A stretch of DNA of 64,000 bases from an uncultured Chloroflexia bacterium. Lineage in GTDB: Bacteria; Chloroflexota; Dormibacteria; Aeolococcales; Aeolococcaceae. This document shows, one piece after another, positions 27,463-37,313 of this stretch. The notes beneath the pieces were generated by a model. That model saw only the letters and a program-made list of their open reading frames with translations, did no database searches and was not told where the DNA came from. The position numbers and the translations under genes were made by a program. How positions within the stretch are numbered: the stretch's first letter is position 1; each line of letters begins with the position of its first letter. Location of the stretch: assembly GCA_963841385.1 (NCBI GenBank), contig CAWJCO010000005.1, positions 419,434 through 483,433 of the forward strand. The letters run 5' to 3'.

Positions 27463-28101
27463 TCAGGCCGCCTGCTGGGTGAAGAGGATGGCGAAGCTGC
27501 AGCTCTGCCCCGCATCGGCGGGGTCGGTGTTGAAGCCGGCGCCCTTGGTGATCGTGACGGTGTACGTGTCGCTCCCGGCCGGGCCCGGCGACGTGCCCGG
27601 CCAGGTGGCGGCGCCGGCGCTGTCCTTGAGGCTGGTGGCGCCCATCTGGGTGGTCACAGCGGTGGCCGGGTAGTCGGTCAGGCTGCTCTGGTCCACGACC
27701 GTGAGCAGGAGGTCGGCGCAGAGCGTGCCGGTCGCGGCCGCGGGCATCTGCATCGTGAAGGTGCTGTTCAGCGCCCCCGTGCTGCTGATCGTGACCGTGC
27801 CGGTGGCCAGGGTGCTCGGCGAGCTGGGGGAGACCCCGCTCACGCTGATGATCGCGGCGCAGGTGTTGCCGGCCTGGTTGAGCAGGGTAGTCGAGGTGAC
27901 CGAGGTGCAGCTCTGGGTTCCCACCTGGTTGGTGTGGCCCAGGGTCCCGGCGCCCACGCTGTTGCCGGCGCTCTCGGTGTAGTCCTGCCAGGCGGCCAGA
28001 CCTCCGAAGCCGAGCAGGGCGGAGCCGGCGAAGGTCGCGACGAGGACCAGCGCCACCCGGAGGATGTGGGTGCGCTTGCGACGTCGCCCGCGCGCGTCCA
28101 T
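27463..28101 (-). CDS. Secreted TasA/camelysin-like protein with SipW-dependent-type signal peptide
   Basis: N-terminus RRKRTHILRVALVLVATFAGSALLGFGGLAAWQDYTESAGNSVGAGTL matches the (T/L)A(Y/W)F(T/S)D-x-E...N-x-(F/V)-x-AGTL pattern of SipW-cognate signals. The remainder is Ser/Thr-rich and beta-type. Confidence 0.6.
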   Translation of the reverse strand: MDARGRRRKRTHILRVALVLVATFAGSALLGFGGLAAWQDYTESAGNSVGAGTLGHTNQVGTQSCTSVTSTTLLNQAGNTCAAIISVSGVSPSSPSTLATGTVTISSTGALNSTFTMQMPAAATGTLCADLLLTVVDQSSLTDYPATAVTTQMGATSLKDSAGAATWPGTSPGPAGSDTYTVTITKGAGFNTDPADAGQSCSFAILFTQQAA

Positions 28102-28259
28102 GATCTTCCCTTTCCCGCCCTTCTCCCCGGATAGTCCAAATGCACTAGACGATGCTGGTCAGCCTAACCCGCAGGGGTTCGCGGGAACCCGGGAGGTTTG
28201 GCCACAGCCCCGTAACAGCGCATCGCGGGAGCGCAAACCGACGAGCCGCCGGGGAGGAT

Positions 28260-29189
28260 TCAGCCGGCGCCCCGGCGGGCCTGGTCCAGCCACTCCGCGG
28301 CCGCCCGGAAGTCACCGTCCGAGGTCCCGGGGCGAGGGCGGGGTGCCTCGCCGTCCGCCCTCGGGTACGAGCCGCAGAAGCGGACCTCCTCGCAGGAGCG
28401 GTGCAGGGCTGCCAGGGCGTCCCCCACCCGGGCGTCCTCGATGTGACCCTCGCAGTCGATGGAGAAGCAGTACCGGCCCAGCCCGTGGCCGGTGGGGCGG
28501 GACTCGATCCGGGTGAGGTTGACCCCCCGCACCGCGAACTCGGTCAGCAGCTCCAGGAGGGCTCCCGGGTGGTCGTCGGCGATCAGGGTGACCACCGTCG
28601 TCCGATCGGCCCCGGTCGGCCGGGGAAGGGGCGTGGGCTCCACGGCCAGGACGAAGCGGGTCACCGCGTGCCGGTGGTCCCCGATGTCCGCGACCAGCTC
28701 GGCCAGCCCGTAGCGGGTGCCGGCAGCCGGAGAGGCGATGGCGGCGTCGGTGGCGCCGGCCCCCTCGGCGACGGCGGCGGCCGCCTCGGCGGTGGAGGGG
28801 GACGCCTGGACGGTGGCCTCGGGGAGATGAGCCCTCAACCAGTGCCGGCACTGGGCGGTGGCATGGGGGTGGGACGCGACCACCCGGATGGCTCCGAGGT
28901 CGGTGCCCGGCCGGGCCAGCAGCGAGAGCCGGACCGGGACCAGCATCTCGCGTGCGATGTGCAGCGGGCTCCCGGTCGCGAACTCGTCGAGGGTACCGGT
29001 GACCGCACCCTCCACCGAGTTCTCGAAGGGCACCACCGCGCCCTCCACCGAGCCGTCGCGGACCGCCGCGAAGGCGTCGGCGACCGTCTCCACCGGGATG
29101 AGGTCCGCGTCCCGGCTCTCCGGGAGGCTGCGCAGCGCCGTCTCCGCGAAGGTGCCCTCGGGGCCGAGGTAGGCGTAGCGGGGCGGCAC
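28260..29189 (-). CDS. pheA: Prephenate dehydratase
   Basis: Has YLGPEGTFAE, VVPFENSVEG, SHPHATAQC, the TRFV motif, and the ACT domain NLTRIESRP...YCFSIDCEGH. Confidence 0.92.
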   Translation of the reverse strand: MPPRYAYLGPEGTFAETALRSLPESRDADLIPVETVADAFAAVRDGSVEGAVVPFENSVEGAVTGTLDEFATGSPLHIAREMLVPVRLSLLARPGTDLGAIRVVASHPHATAQCRHWLRAHLPEATVQASPSTAEAAAAVAEGAGATDAAIASPAAGTRYGLAELVADIGDHRHAVTRFVLAVEPTPLPRPTGADRTTVVTLIADDHPGALLELLTEFAVRGVNLTRIESRPTGHGLGRYCFSIDCEGHIEDARVGDALAALHRSCEEVRFCGSYPRADGEAPRPRPGTSDGDFRAAAEWLDQARRGAG

Positions 29190-29192
29190 CGG

Positions 29193-29639
29193 CTAGGTAC
29201 CCGCCGGCAGGACGATGGTCGACGAGTGCACGGTGGTGCCGACGACGACCGTCAGCACGATCACCAGGGCGAGGATGCCCAGGCCGATGTAGCCGAGCAC
29301 GAGCCCGGCCACGGCCATACCGTGGCCGCCCTGCCCCCTCTGGCGGATCTGGGCGAGGGCGATGTGGCCGAAGACCACGGCCAGGATCGACCCCACCCAC
29401 CACAGCCAGAGGATGCCGAGCACCAGCGCGGCGATCGCCAGGCCATTGGTGGGCGGCGCCGCGACGTAGACGGGGTACGGCGGGTAGGGGGGCGGATAAG
29501 GTCCCGGCCAGGGGGGCTGAGCCGGCGGGGCGGGAAAGCCGTAGGGGAGCGGGGGCGGAGAACCCGACGGGGGCAACCCGTGGCCGGGCGCCGCCGGAGT
29601 GCCGCCCTCCGGCGGAGGTGGTGGCCAGGGGGTGGACAC
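29193..29639 (-). CDS. DUF4190-type membrane protein with proline-rich N-terminus
   Basis: PPPYPPYP-rich N-terminus, then [36 protein letters not shown] and [14 protein letters not shown], typical of DUF4190. The stop is 3 nt before the pheA start. Confidence 0.7.
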   Translation of the reverse strand: MSTPWPPPPPEGGTPAAPGHGLPPSGSPPPLPYGFPAPPAQPPWPGPYPPPYPPYPVYVAAPPTNGLAIAALVLGILWLWWVGSILAVVFGHIALAQIRQRGQGGHGMAVAGLVLGYIGLGILALVIVLTVVVGTTVHSSTIVLPAGT

Positions 29640-29879
29640 GATCGGGTTCCTCAGGCCGGACCGGCGGTGGCACCCGCTCCGGCCGTGGCGGGCTGCCCGG
29701 CCCGGCCCCGCCGCGCCGCTGCAGAGGTTACGCCGGGATCGGGGCGCCGGTCATGACGCGCCACGCCCGCCGGCTTCGCCCCGCCCCAACCGGCGCGACC
29801 GCGCTGGCCCCCGCTTCGGGCGCATGGCATACTCATCTCACACCGCAGCGGCGGTGGCTCGCTGACGAGGGGGAGAGCG

Positions 29880-31768
29880 GTGGAGAGCCCGCGCAGTTCC
29901 TCGGTCCATCGGCTGCGCCTGCCGATCGCCATCGCGGCGGCGGGGATCTCCATGGTCGCGACCGCGGTCGGGGCGTCGGCCGATTGCGGCGACCTCGCCG
30001 CCGCCACCCTGAGTGGCGCGTGGCAGCTCAGGATGACCGTCGAGCCGCCCACCGGGACCGTGCCGGCCGGACTTCCGAAGGTGGGCACCACCGCGCGCCA
30101 GACCGTCGGCCTCTCCACGGTGTGCAGCGCAACGGGCCAGTGCACGGCGACCTTGGCCCCCTCTGGCGGCGGGATCCTGCCCCTCTTCGACAACTCCGTG
30201 GATTTCGTCTGGTACCCCTCGACCGGGCTCACCCACGCCGGCAGCTCGTACTCGGGCACGACCCCACGAAGTGGCTACGGCGGTCCCGGCATACCACCCT
30301 GCCCCCGCCGGCCGACCTGCAGCACGACGTCCTCACCCTGACCGTGCTGCAGGCCGCCCAGGACGCGACCGGCGCCTGGCGGGCCACCGTGGTGTCGGGA
30401 ACCGAGGTGAGCCCCGAGGGCTGGGTCTGCGCCGGCGGTATCGGGCAGTCCACGGGCGCCGAACACCTCAGCCTGCTCGCGGTTCCGGTCGGCGCCAGCT
30501 TCCCGCCCTCGACCAGCCTCGCCTGCGCCGCCCCACCCGTCGCCCGGGCAGCGGTCACCGCCGCATCGAACCCGGACGTCTCGTCGTTCTCGTCGAACCT
30601 GGTCACCCCGGCCGAGGCCTTCGGGTCACCCGTCCACACCCTGATCGGGGCCGCCATCACCCTCGGGGTGATCCTCTTCATCACCTTCCCCTCCCAACTC
30701 TTCAACCGCACCTTCGAGGAGAACTACGACGAGATCCGCGAGATCACCCTCCGGCGCCTCGGTTGGCTGCGGCGCTTCCGCCGTGACGCCGAGCGCGAGG
30801 CGGGAGGGCTGCTCCGGATCGGCGCCTTCGCGGCCGTCGTCCTGGGGGGCGCCGCCCTGGGCAGCCTCAACGATCGGGGCTTCGGCTTCAACCTGCGCTC
30901 GGTGGCCACCTACGTCGCCGTGGTGCTGTCGATCCTGATCGGCATCGCGGTCGGTGCCACGGTGGGCGCCGTCTACCGCCGGCTCCGCCACCATCCTGTG
31001 GAGGCGCGCTTCCACGCCCTCCCCGCGGGACTGCTGGTTGCGGCCACCTGTGTCCTGATCTCGAGGCTCAGCTCGTTCGAGCCGGGCTACCTCTATGGGG
31101 TGATCGCCAGCCTCGCCTTCCAGGGGACGCTGGCCAAGAACGAGCAGGGGCACGCGGTCGCCCTCTCGGCCATCGCCGGCCTGACCGTGGCGGTCGTCGC
31201 CTGGCTGGTCTGGGTCCCGGTCGGCCGCGCCGCCGCCGTCCCGGGAGCCCCCTTTGCGGTGGTCCTGGCGGCCGACCTGCTCGGATCCATCTTCGTGGGC
31301 GGGCTGGTCGGCAACGTGATCGGCCTGCTGCCGCTGCGGTTCCTCTCCGGCGGCACCCTGATGGCGTGGAGCCGGGCAGCCTGGGCGGCGACCTTCGGGA
31401 TCGCCGTCTTCGGGCTGGTCGAGGTGGAGCTGCGGCCCCAGTCCACCTCGGCCCACCCGGGCAGCGCACCCGTGGTCACCGCGGTGCTCCTCTTCGTGCT
31501 CTTCGGGGGGAGCAGCGTCGGGATGCGCTGGTTCTTCAGCCGCCGGGAGCGGCAGCGGCGCGAGGCGGAGAAGGCGGAGGGGAGCGGGGGGAGGGCGGGG
31601 CTGCCGGCGCCCTCCCCGCGCCCTCCCCGCCGCCGGCCGGCCCGCTCACCTCGCCGGACCATCCGCCCGCTCCGGTCCCGGAGGGTTGAGATCCCCGGCG
31701 CCCGCCGCCCTGCCCTGGCGCGGACATCGTGCCAGCGCGGCTCACCTCGCACGAGGCCTACCGCTTGA
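29880..31768 (+). pseudogene. Polytopic membrane protein (FGLLP-motif-like family) with signal peptide; reading frame switches near 30245-30265
   Basis: Frame A (GTG 29880) encodes signal peptide RLRLPIAIAAAGISMVATAVGASA plus a GC3-rich domain up to about 30255, then degenerates to a stop at 30341. Frame B (the 29618 ORF frame) becomes GC3-rich from about 30242 and encodes the rest, including FPSQLFNRTFEENYDEIR, several TM segments and GNVIGLLPLRFLSGG. Confidence 0.55.
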
Positions 31769-33284
31769 CGAAGATGACCGCAAAGCCGTCGTCGTAGACC
31801 CGCTGCCACCCGGGGTCGACCGAGAGCGCCATGCTGAGCGCCGAGTCGGTGCGCTCCACCACGTAGTCGACGCCGTGCTCGCTGAGGATGGTCTGCCAGT
31901 CGGGCTCGGCGTTCTCGACGTCGCTGACCTGCTGGAGCAGCGGGTTGCCCACCTCGGTCGCCTCACCGTAGATGAAGACGCGGCGGTTGGCGTCCCCGTA
32001 GAAGCGGTAGATCAGATAGCCGCCCCAGTCGTAGGCGTTGAACATCCGGGTCCCCACCGTTTTGTGCGCCGCCAGCCAGTCCGCCGCTCCCACCGGGAAG
32101 TTGGCGGCGGTGCTCGCCGTCTGGGTGCTCAGGGTGTTGGCTGCAAACCCGACGGCGGCCACGGTGACGATGAGAGCGCCCGCCGAGACGATGATGAGCA
32201 GGTCGCCGGCCCGGCGGGCCACCCACGCCGCGCAGCGGTCCCGCCACCGGCTCCGCTCCCAGGCGCTCCCGACGGACCACGCCACCATGGGCATCAGCAG
32301 CGCGGCCGCGATCGGCGCGTTGCGCACCGCCGACAGCGCCGCGTAGACGCCGACCACGGTCAGCAGCGCATCCCACAGCCGGGGCCGGCGGAGCGCCATC
32401 GCCGCCACCACCAGCAGCAGCATCAGCTCGACGCCCAGCTCCCCGGCGACGTGGAAGTTCGGCGACTGCCATTCGGCGATGAAGCTCTGTTGCACGCGGC
32501 TGGTCTGCACCAGGATCGCGGCCAGGTAGGCGTGGATCGTGATCGGGTTGACGAGGCCGGCCACCCCGCCAGCGAGCAGGACCAGCCAGAGGCGGAGCGC
32601 CCGGCGGCGGTGGGCGCCGTCCTGCGGGGAGAGGAGCCAGAGCGCGGTCTCGGTGACCGCGGCGAGCCCGAGCACGGCCAGGCCGTAGACGAAACCGCCG
32701 TGGAGATTGGTCCAGAACACCATCACCAGGGGCATCAGGTAGACGATGCGGCTGCGGTCCCGGAGGTAGGCCTCGACCCAGCAGAGGGTCAGGCAGGTCA
32801 GGGCAAAGCTGATCATCTGCGACCGCGGGCCCCAGACCTCGACGCCGGCGAGCGCCGCCACCACCAGACAGGCGGCCGCGATCAGGGCGGGGACGCGCTC
32901 CATGCCGATCCGGCGCCAGATGAACCAGAACCCGACCCAGGTCACGGCCGTGTAGACGAGGCTGAAGGCGAGGAAGCCGCCGGCCCGGAAGATCAGATCC
33001 CCGAGCACCTCACTGCCCCACTCCTGGTCCGCCCAGGCGTTGCCGCTCACCGTGTAGGTGTAGAGCTCGTGGCTGGGCAGGCTGCCGTGATCGATGATCC
33101 AGCTCCCCGTCTCCATGTGCCACCAGAAGTCGGGGTCGCCGACCCGGCGGCAGATGACCACCAGGATCGCGACCAGCGCCGCGCCCACCACCAGGCCTCC
33201 GAGGGTGGGACGGCGAGGGCCGGCGCGAGCCCGGGGGGCAGCGGAGGGCGGAGAATGCTCCGGCGCGACGGCCACGGGTGGCAC
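31758..33284 (-). CDS. Polytopic membrane protein, GT-C-like glycosyltransferase candidate with C-terminal extracytoplasmic domain
   Basis: The last roughly 508 codons of ORF 31758..34367 contain more than 10 TM segments starting LGGLVVGAALVAILVV, then DPDFWWHMETGSWI... and WTNLHGGFVYG. The soluble C-terminal domain reads FNAYDWGGYLIYRFY...GVDYVV. GTG start at 33284 (or 33275). Confidence 0.6.
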   Translation of the reverse strand: MPPVAVAPEHSPPSAAPRARAGPRRPTLGGLVVGAALVAILVVICRRVGDPDFWWHMETGSWIIDHGSLPSHELYTYTVSGNAWADQEWGSEVLGDLIFRAGGFLAFSLVYTAVTWVGFWFIWRRIGMERVPALIAAACLVVAALAGVEVWGPRSQMISFALTCLTLCWVEAYLRDRSRIVYLMPLVMVFWTNLHGGFVYGLAVLGLAAVTETALWLLSPQDGAHRRRALRLWLVLLAGGVAGLVNPITIHAYLAAILVQTSRVQQSFIAEWQSPNFHVAGELGVELMLLLVVAAMALRRPRLWDALLTVVGVYAALSAVRNAPIAAALLMPMVAWSVGSAWERSRWRDRCAAWVARRAGDLLIIVSAGALIVTVAAVGFAANTLSTQTASTAANFPVGAADWLAAHKTVGTRMFNAYDWGGYLIYRFYGDANRRVFIYGEATEVGNPLLQQVSDVENAEPDWQTILSEHGVDYVVERTDSALSMALSVDPGWQRVYDDGFAVIFVKR

Positions 33285-33407
33285 GATGACACAACGCCCA
33301 CCCGGTAATGGCCGCGCAAGGTTGGGGCGGGAGGATAGATTGGGGGGGTCCGCCAGGGGCGGTAGGACGTGAGAGGCCGCTGAGGCCGTGGCGACTGGAG
33401 GACGGCG

Positions 33408-35000
33408 ATGGCTGCGGCGGCGGGGGGCCGACCAGGAGGGGCGGCCCATCTCCGGCTCGGCCTCCGGCTGCGACGCGGGTCCTGGCTGACCGGGCCGATC
33501 GCGCTCTTCGCGCTGCTGCGGATCCCGTCGTTCCTCGAGCCGCACTGGTACACCGACGAGGCGGGCTACGTCACCACCGCGCGCTCCCTCCTCGAGGGCA
33601 AGGTCCTCTACAGCCAGGTCTGGAACAACAAGCCGCCCATCCACCTCTGGACGGTGGCGGTGGTGATCCAGCTCTTCGGGACCGGTGAGGCCGCCCTTCA
33701 CACCATCACCTTCGTCACCGGGCTGCTGACCCTGCTGGCCGTCGCCTACCTGGGCGACCGCCTCCTCGGGCGTCGCCGGACCGTGGTCGCCCTGCTCGTG
33801 GTCGCGGTGCTGCTCGGGACGCCGCTCGTCGACGCCGAGCTGCTCATCCCCGAGAGCCTCCTCATTGCGCCAGTGGCCTGGGCGGGGGCGATCCTGCTGA
33901 CCCGGGTCACGGTGCCCGACCGCCGCCGCTGGCCACTCTGGCCGATCGGGGTGGGGGCATTGGCGGCGCTCGCGATCGGCTACCAGCAGACGGCGCTGGC
34001 GGAGACCTGCGCCTTCGGCCTGATCCTGGCGATCGTGGGGCGGGCGACCTGGCGGCGAGTGACGGTGTACGCGGGCACGGTGGTCGCCATCACCGCCGCC
34101 TGGCTGATCCCCGCCATCGTCACCGCCGGGGCCGGGAAGGTCGCCTATGCCCTGGTCGGCTTCTGGATCCCCTTCACCGAGTACCGCTACTCGGGTGACG
34201 CCGCGGGCCACACGCTGCTCCACCTGCTCCTCCCCGCCGGCGTGCTTGCCCTGCTCGTGGTCGGGGCCTGGCTCTGCCGGCGGGACCGCGACCTGCGCTG
34301 GGGGCTCTGGGTCTGGGCGGGGGCCGCCCTGCTGGTCCCCGCGCTGGCGAGGCAGCCGTGGGCTCATTGGCTGGTGCCGTCGATCGCCCCGGCGGTGCTG
34401 GCTCTGAGCGGCCTCCCGCTCCGCTCACCGGTGGGCGCCGCCCGCCTGCGCCGGCTGGCCGGAGCCGGGCTCGTCGCCGCCACCCTGCTGGCCGCTGCGG
34501 GGGCGTCCGGGGCCGGCCTGGACTGGGTCGACATCATCGACGGGAGCAGCCACAACCTCCTCTACTACTACGGCGGCGCCGCCTCGTTGCTGACCGGCGC
34601 GAGGTCGCTGGAGGCCTACCAGGACCAGTTCGACTATCGCTTCCCCGAGGACGCCGCGGTCTCGGCATGGTTGACCGCGCACGGCCTGGACGGCAGCTCG
34701 GCGGTGGTCTGGTCGGACGACGCGTGGCTCTACGACGACAACCAGCTCCAGCTCATGCTGCCGACGCCACCGATCTACAACGACGAGGCGCTGCTCGGCA
34801 ACTACGGGCCGGTGGCGCGCAGGGTCACCGAGCTGGACCCCGAGGTCGTGGTCACCGAGGGTGCGTCCCGGAAGTCCTATCCGGAGATCAACTCGGTGCT
34901 GACCGCGGGCTACCGGGAGGTCGACCAGTCGGGCACGGAGATCGTCTGGGTGCAGGACGGCATGGTCGCCGCGGTCCTGGCGTCCTCCGGCGCCGGCTGA
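33408..35000 (+). CDS. GT-C membrane glycosyltransferase (GT39/ArnT/PMT-like)
   Basis: N-terminus reads FLEPHWYTDEAGYVTTARSLLEGKVLYSQVWNNKPPIHLW (a D/E-containing first loop typical of ArnT/PMT-type GT-C). About 11 TM segments and a soluble C-terminal domain. Confidence 0.7.
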   Translation: MAAAAGGRPGGAAHLRLGLRLRRGSWLTGPIALFALLRIPSFLEPHWYTDEAGYVTTARSLLEGKVLYSQVWNNKPPIHLWTVAVVIQLFGTGEAALHTITFVTGLLTLLAVAYLGDRLLGRRRTVVALLVVAVLLGTPLVDAELLIPESLLIAPVAWAGAILLTRVTVPDRRRWPLWPIGVGALAALAIGYQQTALAETCAFGLILAIVGRATWRRVTVYAGTVVAITAAWLIPAIVTAGAGKVAYALVGFWIPFTEYRYSGDAAGHTLLHLLLPAGVLALLVVGAWLCRRDRDLRWGLWVWAGAALLVPALARQPWAHWLVPSIAPAVLALSGLPLRSPVGAARLRRLAGAGLVAATLLAAAGASGAGLDWVDIIDGSSHNLLYYYGGAASLLTGARSLEAYQDQFDYRFPEDAAVSAWLTAHGLDGSSAVVWSDDAWLYDDNQLQLMLPTPPIYNDEALLGNYGPVARRVTELDPEVVVTEGASRKSYPEINSVLTAGYREVDQSGTEIVWVQDGMVAAVLASSGAG

Positions 35001-35086
35001 CACCTGGGGGCTGATTCCGCCGCTGCGCCCGCCTCGGTGGGCGCGCCGACCCGTGGCCGGCGGTCGCGCGTGCCATCATCCGCGCG

Positions 35087-36571
35087 GTGAGCAGAGAGGC
35101 GGCGGCCATAGCAGGGGCGGGCGGCGGCGCCGTGCTGCCCGGCGCGCCCCCGGCCCGATTCGACCTGGCCGTGGTCGACCGCCGCCTCCCCGGGATGATC
35201 GCGCCCCTCCGCCGCTGGGCGATCCCCCTCGGGGTGCTGGTCATCGCCGGGGCCGCCCTCTACGTCATGCGGTACGGGGCGGCCCGCTTCTCCTGGGCCG
35301 ATTTCCGCACCTTTTACCAGGCCGGGCTCGACGTCCGCGCCGGCCGGGACCCCTACCTCGGGGCGATCAGCTTCATCAACACCTACACCCCGGCCGGCAA
35401 CGGCTCGTACTGGACCACCCAGGCGTACGTGTACGCGCCCTTCTTCGCCTACCTGATGGTGCCGCTGACCCTCCTGCCCCATTACGGCGCGCTCACCACC
35501 TGGGACCTGCTCAACGTCGCATTCCTGGTCCTCTCCGTCTACGCGGCGCTTCGGGCCGCCGGACTGGTGCCCCGGCCCACCATGGTGGTTCTCCTGACCG
35601 CGGCAGCCGCGGTGACCCTGCCGGTCCACCGAGAGTGGGACCTGGGCCAGAGCGACCTGCTGGTCATGGCCCTGGTCTGCGCGGCCCTCTGGGCGCGGTC
35701 GGCGGGGCGGGGTGGGCTGGGCGGCCTCCTGCTCGGGGCGGGATGCGCCGTCAAGCCCGAGCTGCTCCTGCTCGCCGTCTTCCTGCTCTGGCGGCGCGAC
35801 TTCCGCTTCGGGCTCTCCGCCGCCGCCTCCGCGGTCGTCCTCGGGCTCGCCCCCTTCCTCCTCCTCGGCCAGCGGGCCTGGACCGACTTCTGGACCGCCT
35901 GGAGCTTCTGGTCGGACCAGTACCTCCCCTTCCTCCACAACGAGGCGCCCAAGGGGGTGCTGGCCCGCCTCTTCACGCTCAACCCGGCGGCCCGGCCGCT
36001 CGCCGTCGCCCCCTCGGTGGAGACCGTGCTCTGGATCGCGGTGGCCCTGATCGTCGTCGGGCTGACGGTTTCGGTGCTCTCCACCCGCCCGCTTCGGCGC
36101 GACAGCCTCTCGCTGCTCGAGGTGGGCCTGGCGATCGAGGCCATCATGCTGGTGAGCCCGCTCACCGAGCGCCCCTACTTCCTCTTCCTGCTGATCCCCC
36201 TCATCGGCCTCTTCTGCTGGTTCCGCGAAGCCGGGGTGGGGGACGTCTGGCTGCGCCGGGCGGCCGCCGTGGCGGTGTTGATCTGGGTGCTCCTGGCCGG
36301 CCCCGCCGAGCTCGCCGAGTACGTCCTCGACACCGGGGTGACCGTCCATGGGCAAGCGGCCCCGCTGTTCACGCTGCTCGCCCCGGTCTACCTCTGGGTG
36401 ACCGTCGCCGCCTTCGTTCTCCAGTTGCTGGTGGTCGCCCACGCGCGGGGGCTGTGCCTGCTCCCCGCCGTCGGCGAGACGGTGCGCGGGGCTCCGGGTC
36501 TGCTCCTGGCCTGGATCAGGGATGCGGGCTCGGCCCTCGGGGTGGGCCGGCGGAGCCGGGCGCCGGCCTGA
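35087..36571 (+). CDS. GT87-family (DUF2029) polyprenol-phosphate-sugar-dependent membrane glycosyltransferase
   Basis: Has WADFRTFYQAGLDVRAGRDPY...YVYAPFFAYLMVPL and GAGCAVKPELLLLAVFLLWRR, typical DUF2029/GT87 blocks. An alternative start is the ATG at 35195. Confidence 0.75.
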   Translation: MSREAAAIAGAGGGAVLPGAPPARFDLAVVDRRLPGMIAPLRRWAIPLGVLVIAGAALYVMRYGAARFSWADFRTFYQAGLDVRAGRDPYLGAISFINTYTPAGNGSYWTTQAYVYAPFFAYLMVPLTLLPHYGALTTWDLLNVAFLVLSVYAALRAAGLVPRPTMVVLLTAAAAVTLPVHREWDLGQSDLLVMALVCAALWARSAGRGGLGGLLLGAGCAVKPELLLLAVFLLWRRDFRFGLSAAASAVVLGLAPFLLLGQRAWTDFWTAWSFWSDQYLPFLHNEAPKGVLARLFTLNPAARPLAVAPSVETVLWIAVALIVVGLTVSVLSTRPLRRDSLSLLEVGLAIEAIMLVSPLTERPYFLFLLIPLIGLFCWFREAGVGDVWLRRAAAVAVLIWVLLAGPAELAEYVLDTGVTVHGQAAPLFTLLAPVYLWVTVAAFVLQLLVVAHARGLCLLPAVGETVRGAPGLLLAWIRDAGSALGVGRRSRAPA

Positions 36572-36619
36572 GCGGCGATCCTCGCCGACTGGCTCCCGGA
36601 AGCATCGCCCTCGGGCCGC

Positions 36620-37216
36620 TCAGCGGCGACGCCCGGCCCGCGGCCACTCCGCTGCCGGCGCAATCCCGGCCAGGGTCGGGGAGGTGGAGGCCGCGGCGGG
36701 TGCGGCGGGCCGCTGACGGCCGCGGGACCGGCCCCGGCCTCGGGCGAGCAGCCATGGCTCCAGCGTGAGCACGGCGAGGCCGCTGGCCAGGACGATCGGG
36801 AATACGATCCAGCCCGCCGTCACCGCCGCCGCCCAGCCCAGCATGGCGGCCCGCCAGAGGGCGGCCGGCCACGGACGCCGGGCCCAGAGCCCGAGCAGGA
36901 CCCCGCCCGCGACGATCGCCAGGGGCGCCGCCAGCGGGGGGCGCGGCCCGACCACCATGGCGAGCACCACCGCGCCGAGCACCGCGTACCGCCAGAGGAT
37001 GCCCCAGGCGACTGCGACCCCGTACGGACGGCGCCAGGGCGGATCGGCGGCCGAGCCGGCCATGTCGAGGGCGGTCCGGGGCGCCGTCCGCGCCTCGATC
37101 CACCCTCTCCGCCGCCCGTCGCCGGCACGGAGGGGGGCGACGGGCACCTCCCAATCGCCGGCTGCGCTGGGCGAGCGGGGGCTCCGTCGGCGCCCGTTCT
37201 GGCCACTGTCGATCAT
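36620..37216 (-). CDS. Hypothetical membrane protein (3 predicted TM segments)
   Basis: 198-aa ORF with consistent GC3 bias and hydrophobic segments (VAVAWGILWRYAVLGAVVLAMVV / IVAGGVLLGLW / AAAVTAGWIVFPIVLASGLAVL). No family was recognised. Confidence 0.45.
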   Translation of the reverse strand: MIDSGQNGRRRSPRSPSAAGDWEVPVAPLRAGDGRRRGWIEARTAPRTALDMAGSAADPPWRRPYGVAVAWGILWRYAVLGAVVLAMVVGPRPPLAAPLAIVAGGVLLGLWARRPWPAALWRAAMLGWAAAVTAGWIVFPIVLASGLAVLTLEPWLLARGRGRSRGRQRPAAPAAASTSPTLAGIAPAAEWPRAGRRR

Positions 37217-37313
37217 GGAAGGGCTCTCGCTCCTGGGGCGCCTCGGGGAGCTCGACGTCCGGTTGTGCCTCCCGGCATTCGCCGTGCACCCGCCCGAGGA
37301 TGCCGCTGGACGG

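Noticed and set aside
34910-36442. 510-aa minus-strand ORF and other long antisense ORFs across the glycosyltransferase block (for example 35053..36768 +)
   Set aside because: They are out of frame with or antisense to the TM-rich GT87 gene, have biased low-complexity composition and contain no motifs.
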